DNA of 64,000 bases from Marsupella aquatica (Eukaryota > Plantae > Marchantiophyta): contig OZ316895.1 of the NCBI GenBank assembly GCA_973895155.1, forward strand, positions 928,435-992,434. Direction: 5' to 3'. A program made the translations under genes and the position numbers. The notes under the pieces are model-generated. The model ran no database searches, was not told the DNA's origin, and saw only the letters and a list, made by a program, of their open reading frames with translations. How positions within the stretch are numbered: the first letter of the stretch is position 1; every line of letters starts with the position of its first letter. Positions 38,999 through 48,830 of this stretch are shown here, in pieces.

Positions 38999-39550
38999 AC
39001 ATAGTTAGGAAAGATGGGGCAGCATGACCAAATCAAGTGTAGCTCTGGTCACATAATCTGCAGCAATACTGTCATCTCTACCACTGGAAATTGGTACTGG
39101 GATAGCCAAACCAGTGGAAATATGTAATGGAGAAGAAGAAGGTCCATTATGTACATGAGATTGGACCTCCAAAACCGGTGTCACAGGGGATGATAAAGAA
39201 TGCAGTGAGCCCTCTAGCGCTCTGATGACAGCTCTAGCATCCAGTTGTAAATCATGGCAACTGAAAAGTGGAGTTGTAAGAATCCTTTGTGCCATACCGG
39301 AGGTGAAATGCTCAAGGAGCTCAGGAGAAACAATTCCCTGTGAAATGTCAGCAGCACCTGGTGGTGGAATGGATGTAGCTGCAGCTTCCTCCCCCCTCGC
39401 CAACAAGGTGCGCTCTTCAGCAAGTGTGAGTGGCTGAAAAGATTGGGGCAAGACAGCCCGAGCCCCCCTGGCTCTAGTCATAGGACCGGCAGCAAGACCA
39501 TCAGCCTGTACAATGCGGCGTGTGGGAGCAGTACGGGAGGCTACACTAGC

Positions 39551-41071
39551 CTATTGGTAAGCAAAATAGGAAGGGCAGAATGAATCTGAAAATTCTGCTG
39601 TAAGGCCAGGCTGTGTAGCAGAGGACAGCACACACTCACCCATATGAGCATCAAATGGCAAGCCATAGAAAGAGCGGGGTAGAGATGCTGAACTGTCAGT
39701 GGTGTCTGGGCCCGAGATGGGTTGCACGTGACCAGCCGGTTGAGAAGGACCAACAGAGGCAAGTGACTTGCCTTTGATGTTGGCAAGTTGGGCACGTAGG
39801 GACTCAACCTCATGAGTCAGAGACTGGATTTGAGTTGCCTGTGCATTGTGAGCTTCCTTCTGAGCTGGTTGCTTCTGTTGCTGCTTGGGCAATTTGTTGG
39901 CACTGGGTGCTTTGCCACTGGAAGGAGGAGCAACTGATGCAGTAGGAGCCCTCCTAGCTGGTGGGGGAGTGGAAACAGGAGCAGGATGAGTGGCCTGTTG
40001 TCGTAGCTGCTTCCTCTTTGGGAATTTGGCAAAACAAACTGCCTCCAAGTGGCCCACTTTCCCGCAAAAATCACAAGACAAGTCCTCAGCAACAATATCA
40101 CATTCATTAGCCTTGTGATTTGGGTTACCACAGTAGTTGCAAGATGGCAGCATGAAAGCAGCATGGGCTGGCTTGGTCTTGGAACCATACTGTGGCACAC
40201 GGGAAGGGGTGGCCAGTGTAGGGGCAGCAGCCTGGTACCTGGATCGCGGTGGACGCGCAATACTGGCCTCATAATGTGCATGGGCCAACTCAAGTTTCTC
40301 AGCAGTGTCATAGACATTGAGCAGGGTGTAGCTGTCTCCAAACTTTGAGAATACTTGCTGCAACACTTGCGAATGGAGAGCTGGTGTGCCCTCCAATGCA
40401 CGAAGATAGCGATGAGCAGCTTCCAGGTCAGTGATGCTCTGGGTGTCCTCCTTCAGCTTGAGAAGCTGGCGATACATCATCTTCAAGGTTTCATCGCGCT
40501 GCCTCACAAAGGTGGTCAACTGCATGATTTTGTCAGCACTCTTGATTGGGAATTCCAATTCAAGAACCTGGAAAAACTCAGCCACTGGATCAGCAAAGGC
40601 AGGAGAATCAATGGTGGGAGAAATGCCTGATGTAGCCTGTGCCAAGACAGTGGGAGTAATTGGCGTAGTGGTAGGAACTGGAGTAGGAGGGGAAGTGGCA
40701 GGAGCAGTAGCATGGGCTGCAATGGCATTCTGTAAGGCCAATTGTGAGGCTGCCGCAATTGCACTGGCATAGGTAGGGTTAGGCAACTGTGTGACAACAA
40801 GCAGCCGTTGAGAATGTTGCTCATACACATCCAAAGCCTCATGGTGCACATACCTAGCTAGCTGCTTAAATGCAAAAGCATTTGTGAAATTGCTATCGTA
40901 CTTCAACTCCAATTCATAAACGATAGTGTAGAAAGTGGATTTGAACTCACGCAAAGAAAGAGTGCCTGGACGCCCGCTGAAGCGCTCAATGTGGCCAGAT
41001 GAGTGGCTGACATCCATGCTGTATGTTGGTGAAGCTGGAACAACCACTGATGCAAAAGGAGTAAAGGGCAA
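39551..41071 (-). CDS. gag: Gag-like protein with two CCHC zinc knuckles
   Basis: 506-aa ORF: ERFSGRPG...REFK; knuckles CNYCGNPNHKANEC and CDFCGKVGHLEAVC; lies upstream of the protease. Confidence 0.8.
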   Translation of the reverse strand: MPFTPFASVVVPASPTYSMDVSHSSGHIERFSGRPGTLSLREFKSTFYTIVYELELKYDSNFTNAFAFKQLARYVHHEALDVYEQHSQRLLVVTQLPNPTYASAIAAASQLALQNAIAAHATAPATSPPTPVPTTTPITPTVLAQATSGISPTIDSPAFADPVAEFFQVLELEFPIKSADKIMQLTTFVRQRDETLKMMYRQLLKLKEDTQSITDLEAAHRYLRALEGTPALHSQVLQQVFSKFGDSYTLLNVYDTAEKLELAHAHYEASIARPPRSRYQAAAPTLATPSRVPQYGSKTKPAHAAFMLPSCNYCGNPNHKANECDIVAEDLSCDFCGKVGHLEAVCFAKFPKRKQLRQQATHPAPVSTPPPARRAPTASVAPPSSGKAPSANKLPKQQQKQPAQKEAHNAQATQIQSLTHEVESLRAQLANIKGKSLASVGPSQPAGHVQPISGPDTTDSSASLPRSFYGLPFDAHMGECVLSSATQPGLTAEFSDSFCPSYFAYQ

Positions 41072-41784
41072 AGAAGCAATAGCAGGCTTTGGGGTAGTGG
41101 TGAAGCGACCGCCAAATGTAGCAGAAGGGTTGCGTGGTGTGGGTGCTGTTGTTGTCTGTTGATGCCGTCAAAATTGCTGAGACTCCAATGAAATTGGCAC
41201 CAATGGTCGTGGATCACTCCGTAAGTGGTACTTGGGTGTCGGTGGCGATGAGCTGCTATGACTTGGCTCCTTTGCTAACATGTTGCATGCTCACTCGGGG
41301 TGCCAATGGGAAAGAAACTGAGAAGAAAAAGGTGTGGCAACCCCAAGGCTATGAAATGTAACCCACAAAGGAAACAACACTGCAAGGCAAAAATGTGTAG
41401 ACCGGCCCTGCCGAAAATATACTCACAAGAAAATGAATGGAAAGAAAACAAGAGGAAACGGCCAAAAGGGGCCTCCGTTATGTGTGTAGACAGGGGTCTG
41501 TGTATACACATAAAGGGCACCGGTCGGTGCCCAATGTGGATACATTGTCGGGCTCCCTGGAAGAAAAAGAGGCCAGAAAGAAGCAGGTGTACGCACACTC
41601 GGGAGGCACGGTACCCTATGCTGCAGGGCGAGGCGAGGTGAGGCTGAGGCGAGGTGACAACTTAATGGCTCGGGCCCTGCATAGGGCTTCGTGCCCCACT
41701 ATGAGCTCCCCCTATCCCCCTTTTGGGCCTTGTGCCCTGGCAGTGAGTGACTCCCGAGAGAGGAGTCGAGAGTACTCCCCCCCG

Positions 41785-44700
41785 TTAAGGGTCGTGGGGT
41801 TATTTTAATGCCTCTCGGCTTACCAGAGCTTGCCACGTAGGCAGCTTTATATTTCATTATTTATGGTCGTATTTGGGGTGTATTTATACACTCGAAGTTT
41901 ATGAATACAGCTGGCAGATTTTTCAGACATGCAAATAATTCAATAGGGAGAAATCCCACAGCGGGGAATAAAACTTTATTCATATGTAAATCAAGATTTA
42001 CAGTGACTCGACAGAGTCTAACAAATGAATGCCCAGAAGGCAGTTCTTGACAACAATTAATTGTCTAAAGAATGTCCATCTATAGGTCTATTGTAATATC
42101 TGTCTAATCTGTATATGGAAGTGTTGTCTGTAAACTATCTACAATCTATCAGTGCTAACTCTAACGATAATGCCTCACAGGCTAATATGTGCCTAGGTTA
42201 CTGTCAATAATGCCTCATATGTTTAATGACAGTCCAGAGGATGGTCCTCCTCCATCTCCACCTCCCGGGGGTCCCCCTCCATGAGGACCAAAGTTGAGGC
42301 TGAAACTGCAGCCATTCATGGTGCAATTTGTTAATGCCTTAATATTTTCAAAAACAGTGTTGATTACTGGATTAATCATGACCGGCAAGCGGGCAATGCC
42401 CTTAAATCTTGGTCCGAACAACTTAAAGCATCCCAATCCATGGACTCAAAGAAAATATCCAAGTCAGTATCTGTCTCCTCTTCAACAAAATGCGTTGAAA
42501 CGTCAGTGTCCAGTGTACTCAGGCCCTGTTCAGTAGCAGGTGCCACAAGCTCAACACTCATAGTTGGTGTGACAACTTCTTCACTAACCAACACCTCCAT
42601 AACCGGCTCGGCTACTGGTTGAAGGAGAGTCGGCTCCATTTCTATCACAGAAGGCAAGCTGGACTCTGTAGAATCAGCACCTGCACTCACCAAGAAATCA
42701 CCAAGAAAAGAATGAGTTATATTCAATAATAACATAATCAATAAAAAGTATGCATGAACAAGTCAGCTTGCTCTATTACCTTTGGAAGGGAGCAACTTTG
42801 TTCCGTCCTTCAGTTTCTTAGACAGTGGCTCGTCCACTACAGAAACAGCAGGCCCAGTCACATATTCGCTCTTCTCGCCATCAATAAGCGCCCTCTTGCC
42901 TTTTGTTGTCTCCAAAGTCACTGTCTCAGGGTAAGCAGTCCCATCCGAGGCACATCTAAGTGCCGCTCGCACCTTAGCCTCTGTGCTGCGGTTGTACCTC
43001 TCATATGCACCCTCGCTTTTGTGGCCTGAGATCTTCATCCCAACCTTTGGTGGAACACCCTCAGCTCCCATCCGAGAGATACAGGTGGTGCGTCCAGTTT
43101 TATTGGAGACACCATCAGTACCAAGGCCAGCCTCCTGATGCAACACTTTCAGACAAGAGCCGAGTGTCTTCTCACCAAGCCTCGACGTTGAGTACCATGC
43201 ATGCGTCCGCAGGTGGTCAATGCATTGATAGAAAAGAAATGTTGCACTTACAGGCAGATGATGGATTAACATCCAAAATGTATTGACCACATCAAGGTCA
43301 TAGTTAATCACAGCAGGTCTGAAATGCTCCTCCTGATATCGATCCATACTCACTCTATAGTTCTTGCTAAGGGGCTCATCGTATTTCACAAAATCACCAT
43401 GGACATCAATTGCAAAAATAAAGTCAGCCTTCATAAGATTATACAACTCCTTACCGCCACAAATACAAAACCGATTCAGTAAAAAGAAAACTGCCCTCCT
43501 CTGCAGGCCTCGCGAGTGTGAGACAGAGGTACTCGAATGAGCCAATATGGTGGCCTCATCTGCAAAAGTAATGACAGAGGCTTTCTTCCTTGGCACATTA
43601 GCGCCTGACTTCTTTGAGCGCTCCATTGCCAACACACAGGCCACAGCCACTGGCTTGAACAGAGGTGAAGATCGCATGTCAAACACTCGCTCAGATTCCT
43701 TACCTGTCTCAACCACACGCTTCTCTTGTTTCTTCCGCAAAATACAGTGAAACGCACGATAAAGACCCATCAAGGTCTGTGAGGGATAGAGCTTACCGTC
43801 CTTCTTGCAAACCTGTTCAAAGAACTTTGTCAATAGCATCACACAGTCTCGGCCAGGCATTTCCTCTAACGGAAGTGTGGTGTTCCACCCTTTAAACTCA
43901 TGGAACTTATTGAGCCGATTTGCAGCCCATCGATCAACTGCAGCGCTCGGATTACTACCACCCTCGGAAAGGTTGCGCTGAAACTCTGCATCTTCAGGTA
44001 AGAACTCACAGGAAGTTCCATTTGGGAGATTCACTGTAAGCTGTTGCGAGATCAAATACTCAAGTGCAATAGCATCCGGGTCCCCATTCAGGTTATGAAT
44101 GTCTGATTCTGAAACAAAGCAACAATAGGCACCAGATGAAGTTTCGCCTACAAGATCACAAATCGTTCCACCAGCGATTGCACCTTCGGATGCCATTGCT
44201 GACATTCCAAGGCTGAATGATGGCCCTTGATCCTTGTCCAAGTCTGGTACGTAAGAAAATCATTCAGTTAGCTTAAACGGAGCCTCGATCGGCTGTACAA
44301 CTACAATGGCAGAAGATGAGGTTTTGGAGACAAATGGTGAGGAAGAAGCGGCCCAACCTTCATCGTCATCGCGAGCGCAAACAACAATGAATACATTCAA
44401 GAAAACGGTCAACTGAACCTGGGGATAGTTTTGGAGGCATTATGATGAGCCTTCGATCGCAACGTCAATATACAACACACTGCAGAAAGCTAAGAAGTAT
44501 GTTAGTACTTCTGCATGATCAGGCCAACCTTCTACATGATCAGGCATTCATCTGAGCCTTCGATAATGGCTTCGATGAGCATTCTACAGATATCTGAGCG
44601 GGAGACGTTCAGAAAAATGATTAGTCTTACATAGATCCTTTCCTTCACTTTCAACCACTGCAAGTGATCGTCGCTATGCAAACCAAAATTACCTCAAGTT

Positions 44701-45714
44701 ATGATGAAATCTCGGGAAGAAGGCACGAAGGAGAATTCTGAACATGAGAGACCAAAAACCAACAACCAAATCAGTCCTTAAGCTGAACCGTAATGTAGTG
44801 AATCGAGAGCAAAGCATAAGCATGGGCTTCACATATCTACATGGAGAAAGCATTCGGCTGATTCTGCATAAAGCGGCATTGAAGGAATGAACAATAGCAT
44901 TCAGAATGAAAAGACATTCAAATCAAGCGGCATACATCCAATAAAGCACTCAATACGAATAGAGTAGTTGACAGGAAAAACCAGAGAAGCTGAGATCGTG
45001 CTCCCAGTGAAAAGTAGAGACCAATTGGTCCACTCGCAAGCTCAAAAACTCCAAACGACGGCCCACACCGAGTCGCTCGCAGATGACAAAGCGCACAACC
45101 CGTCCCACACACAATCGCCCGCAGATTCACCAGCGCACACCCGACGCTGCAGAGACAAACTTGCAGCCTAACGACAAAAAGTGAGACAAGGAATTCCTCT
45201 TGCAGATTAAGTAAAGCCCGCCCCAGAATCCACCGACTGGTCCACAAAAATCTCAGCCGTCCATTCTGGGTTGACCGTTGGATGTCGATCTACAAACGCC
45301 CTAAACCCTAACACGTTACGCCGTTGGATGTCATCTTAAACCGTTTAGTTTTGAATAGAGGGCCAAGATTGGCCGCGGGTTGACGAGCCCTGAATGGAGG
45401 GTGAAGATTGGCCGTGGAAAGAGAAACCCTCTATGGAGGGCCAAGATTTCTCGAGACTGGCATTTCAGAATGGAGGGCCTGGATTTTCTTGGAGGAGCGT
45501 GATCCTGCATGGAGGGCCCAGATTTACCGCGGGAAGAACACTGGCAGCCGCGGAGTATTGTAACCTGCAGGTACATTCTTAAATCAATTTGGGCCCTTCA
45601 ATTTTGACGGAGGGTCGAGATGGCATGCAGAGATGGGAGCCATGACTGACACAGCGGCTGGAGGATGCGCGCGTTTTAATCTGGGCCGTTGGTAATTCTT
45701 TGTACGACCCTTAA
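41785..45714 (-). mobile_element. Crypton-like tyrosine-recombinase DNA transposon nested in the retroelement 5' region
   Basis: Bounded by TTAA-GGGTCGT (41785-41795) and ACGACCC-TTAA (45704-45714). Encodes a DUF3504-type recombinase. The reconstructed empty site resembles the neighbouring repeat unit at 45908-45955. Confidence 0.7.
42763..44241 (-). CDS. Tyrosine recombinase of the Crypton/DUF3504 (ZMYM/QRICH1/KCTD1-related) type, main exon; probably inactivated
   Basis: FFEQVCKKDGKLYPSQTL N-terminal signature; ICGGKE (RGGxE with Arg to Cys, TGT from CGT); SKN; NKTGR (HxxR position); MKISGHKS...YERY. Candidate splice sites near 44244 (acceptor), 42778 (donor) and 42681 (acceptor). Confidence 0.82.
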   Translation of the reverse strand: MDKDQGPSFSLGMSAMASEGAIAGGTICDLVGETSSGAYCCFVSESDIHNLNGDPDAIALEYLISQQLTVNLPNGTSCEFLPEDAEFQRNLSEGGSNPSAAVDRWAANRLNKFHEFKGWNTTLPLEEMPGRDCVMLLTKFFEQVCKKDGKLYPSQTLMGLYRAFHCILRKKQEKRVVETGKESERVFDMRSSPLFKPVAVACVLAMERSKKSGANVPRKKASVITFADEATILAHSSTSVSHSRGLQRRAVFFLLNRFCICGGKELYNLMKADFIFAIDVHGDFVKYDEPLSKNYRVSMDRYQEEHFRPAVINYDLDVVNTFWMLIHHLPVSATFLFYQCIDHLRTHAWYSTSRLGEKTLGSCLKVLHQEAGLGTDGVSNKTGRTTCISRMGAEGVPPKVGMKISGHKSEGAYERYNRSTEAKVRAALRCASDGTAYPETVTLETTKGKRALIDGEKSEYVTGPAVSVVDEPLSKKLKDGTKLLPSKGNRAS

Positions 45715-45720
45715 CGCATA

Positions 45721-45839
45721 TTTAGGGTCCCTTCGTGCCCCTTAATGGGGTATGGGGTCTCCCGTACACCTCCCCACTCCCGCGGGTCGGCATACGGTCG
45801 ACCCCAATACCCCATTAAGGGGCACTGAGGGACCATAAA
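45721..45839. other. Imperfect inverted repeat (arms about 35-40 bp, loop about 40 nt)
   Basis: GGTCCCTTCGTGCCCCTTAATGGGGTATGGGGTC pairs with GACCCCAATACCCCATTAAGGGGCACTGAGGGACC. Confidence 0.85.
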
Positions 45840-46608
45840 CATATACTTTAAAGCTGAATTAAGGGCTTCGTGCCCTGCAGGAGGACTCCTGAGAGAGGGA
45901 GTCGAATGTACTCCCCCCCTTGAATGCTTCAGAGTTGCTTAGGGCCTCGTGCCCTGCTTTCGCTTCAACTCCCCCTCCTCCTTTATTCTCCATAGGGCCT
46001 CGTGCCCTCGGTTCTCGCTCCTTCTTCCCTGTTTTAATTGTAATGGCAGGAAGCTGGCAAGTGCATCGGAAAATGAGATGAAACGAAAATGGAGGGAAGG
46101 GGAGAAGTGCCGAGGGGAGGCGCATGGCCAAGAACGTAAGGATGTAATAGGGGCTCGGTCCTATGCAGTCGTGAGGTAGTCGCAAGGTGGCTGAGGCAAA
46201 CTCGCCGGCAGCCGTGGCCGGGAATGCGACCATAAAAACTAACAAAAAAGGCCCCCCCCAAAGTGTCATAAAAACGCGAGCGAGGGCGCAACGGCCTGTG
46301 CAGTCTGTGAAGCGTCGGGGGTCGTGCAGCAGCAGTCGGCAGCACGTCACGGCCGGAAAGTACAAAAAACTGGCCAAAAAAGTCGTGACAGTCGGCAGCA
46401 ATCGTAGCAGCAGCAATTGTGGAAGCAGATCGAGTTGCGGCCGGCAAGAAAAATCCGGGCCCCTTGTTATGTGTATACACTTAACACCACAATAAACCCA
46501 TAACTTTTAACTCGTCACTCCGATGTCCGTCAAAGAAATTGCAATGGCTTCACCAAAAATTGTCAAAATTGTCACGAGCAATCTTCTTCCCGTCACCGCT
46601 AACTCGAG

Positions 46609-46622
46609 AGTTCTTCTTGAAT
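46609..46622 (-). promoter_or_regulatory. Candidate self-priming primer-binding site
   Basis: AGTTCTTCTTGAAT (46609-46622) is the exact reverse complement of ATTCAAGAAGAACT (46764-46777) inside repeat B. No TGG tRNA-type PBS follows B. Confidence 0.65.
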
Positions 46623-46979
46623 AAAAGGCGTAAGAGAAACAATTGTACTGAAATCGAATCAAAAACCGGCAGGATGCCAAGATCGGCCGGGAGCATCTAA
46701 CGAATCACTGTGTGAATCCCGTGTAGGGAACCGACGAGCACTGTCTGAGCTCTGTCAACAGTGATTCAAGAAGAACTGAAAAACCCACAAACAAAGACAT
46801 GCCCTAAGTAAACAAAGTCTTGGCGTCACACTAACAAGCACGTTTGCTTCAAGAACGCCTGGCATTTGCTATAAGAACATGTCGCTAACTCAAGTATTAC
46901 ACTAGCCCTAACTACATACCTAGCGAACATGCGAGGGACATGCCGATGTGCATAAGAGGCACTGTCCCTCGGCATGACA
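46620..46979 (-). repeat. Repeat B (360 bp) forming the element's 5' terminus
   Basis: About 12 substitutions versus 32156-32515 by eye, 11 of them transitions. Ends GGCATGACA followed by TGGG. Confidence 0.92.
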
Positions 46980-47079
46980 TGGGCTTGCACTTCAAATAAG
47001 AGTGGCATTGTAAATTATTGTGACATACCATTGTTTTACTGCCAGCCCAGGGGCCCTATAAGGAACTAGGGGCACAAAT

Positions 47080-47420
47080 GGGTATGGCATGCGTGACAGT
47101 AAACAGGAAACAGGTTTACTAGTACCAGTAAAAAAAATTCCTGTTACCAGCAAAAATTTACTGTTACCAGGAAAAATAACAATGTCAAAATATTTTCTAA
47201 AACGTCAAATTTTCCAAAAAAAATTAAATTATAACATTTTTGGCTAGCTTTGGGCGCTAGCATTACCAGCACCGGGCGCTAGCAAAAAAAAAAAATTTCT
47301 AAAAAAAAAAAATTTCAAAAAAAAATTCAAAAAAATTTCCAAAAACATTACCACTCATTTCTTGTTATCAGTTTTTGTTTCCTGTTACTGTTTGCTGTTT
47401 CCTATCGTTTGTAAATACCC
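47080..47420. mobile_element. Mutator-like MITE
   Basis: GGGTAT...ATACCC termini; subterminal AACAGGAAAC / GTTTCCTGTT inverted motifs; 9-bp TSD GGCACAAAT / CGCACAAAT (one mismatch). Confidence 0.65.
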
Positions 47421-47429
47421 CGCACAAAT

Positions 47430-48830
47430 CACCCTTGCATTTAGAAATCTCATCACCAAAAAAGGGTGGTCTTGTAATGCATTTAATAGTGTGAGGTCCT
47501 TCCAAAATACCACCTCAAGAGGTGGTTGAAACTCTGGCCAACTTGTCCACATAGGCATTTTGGGGGACCCACTCCAGTCCACCTAGGATTGGGAGGAGTC
47601 CATATACCATTGGGAGATTTCTTGTACAAGTGACCTCTCAATCTCATGTGAATCCAAAGTTGACCGGTAGCTCCAATGTGAATGGTTGTGATGAATTATA
47701 AAAGCAAAATCTTGGAAGTTGTGGTTCAAATTTTTTCCTCTGGTTGTATTTTACAAGAAGTGGGAGCACTTATGACTTTTTCCAATTTGAAAGATAATGG
47801 ATAGTCTTGTTCCAAACACCCTCCAAAGATCTTTCTAAATGAAATCAATAAATACAAATCACTTGAATGAAAAGAGCCAATGTTTGAAAATATTGGGACC
47901 AGCTCCAGTCTTCAAGACACAATAAGCACTCCCCACTAGCAATCACTTGGACCCACTCTTTGCCAATTAGGATGATAGACACCACATCTGGATGGCCCCT
48001 TGTTCCATCGACTGCAGACAGAATAAGCATTAACATCAACATTTACTTGGGCCCACTGCTTTCCATGTATAGTAGATAGACACTATACTTGATTGCAACG
48101 CTTTCCACTCATGATATAATCCAAATCTAATCTAGAGGAAATGAAAATAAGATTATGGACCCCAACTTCTTGTAAAGCCAGTAAGCCACCCTTAACTTGG
48201 TATTCACCAAACGACACAGAACAGAACAGGCGGCACTATTTGGAGACAGTCTCTGGACGTCTAAGGTTGGCTGGTATAGGCCTCAGCTTTATGGACCTTC
48301 CTAGGCTGATTTACTGATGAGCTACTGTAGGCTCTCAGAGCGTTCGTGTACAGCGAAAGTACTGGCCAAGGAGAATGATTGCAATGGATAATACCGGGGC
48401 ATCGTCGTTTGGTCCGCTGGTCGGCTTTCAATGTGCCAAGGTGGTGTAGCAATCTATATTGACTGTCTTTGATCTTTTTCATAATGGCAAAGATGGCTTT
48501 TCTTATTTTAAAACTTTCGTTAACTTTATAATACAACTGTTCAGCAAGAAGTAAAGACACCCAGAGTTGCAATTTCCTATTGTCCAAGCATCACGACCAA
48601 CAAAACCTCAAACCAGCAATTTCGTATATGTTTAGGATTCAACACTCCCATTGAATTGGGAAATGCTGCAACTAGACTCTGGGAGTGTTGGATTGATGAC
48701 GGTGGAGAGAAACCCAAGGGCCTACAATTTTGCAATTCGTGGTGAGCAAAGAACCCATCCGTGCTTCGCGGCACTGCTTTATGGTACAATATCCAGTTGA
48801 GCGGCATAAACTCTAGGGCGGGGTCCTCCG
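47430..48830 (-). mobile_element. Decayed LINE-like ORF2 fragments
   Basis: Trp-rich minus-strand fragments (EDWSWSQYF; PLNWILYHKAVP) with many stops. Confidence 0.3.

Larger units (their letters stand above)
31980..46979 (-). mobile_element. Ty3/Gypsy-type retrotransposon with split direct repeats, DNMT3-like methyltransferase and PHD finger
   Basis: TGTC...GACA termini. TGGG TSD at 31976-31979 and 46980-46983. Minus-strand order gag-PR-DNMT-RT-RH-IN-PHD. Repeats A (31980-32155, 32518-32694) and B (32156-32515, 46620-46979). Confidence 0.92.

Noticed and set aside
45298-45311. Telomere-like CCCTAAACCCTAA
   Set aside because: Only two units, too short to call an interstitial telomere.
31980-46979. 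Classification as a DIRS/PAT/Ngaro tyrosine-recombinase retrotransposon
   Set aside because: It has a protease, a DDE integrase, TG...CA ends and 4-bp TSDs. The recombinase is Crypton-type and has its own TTAA boundaries.
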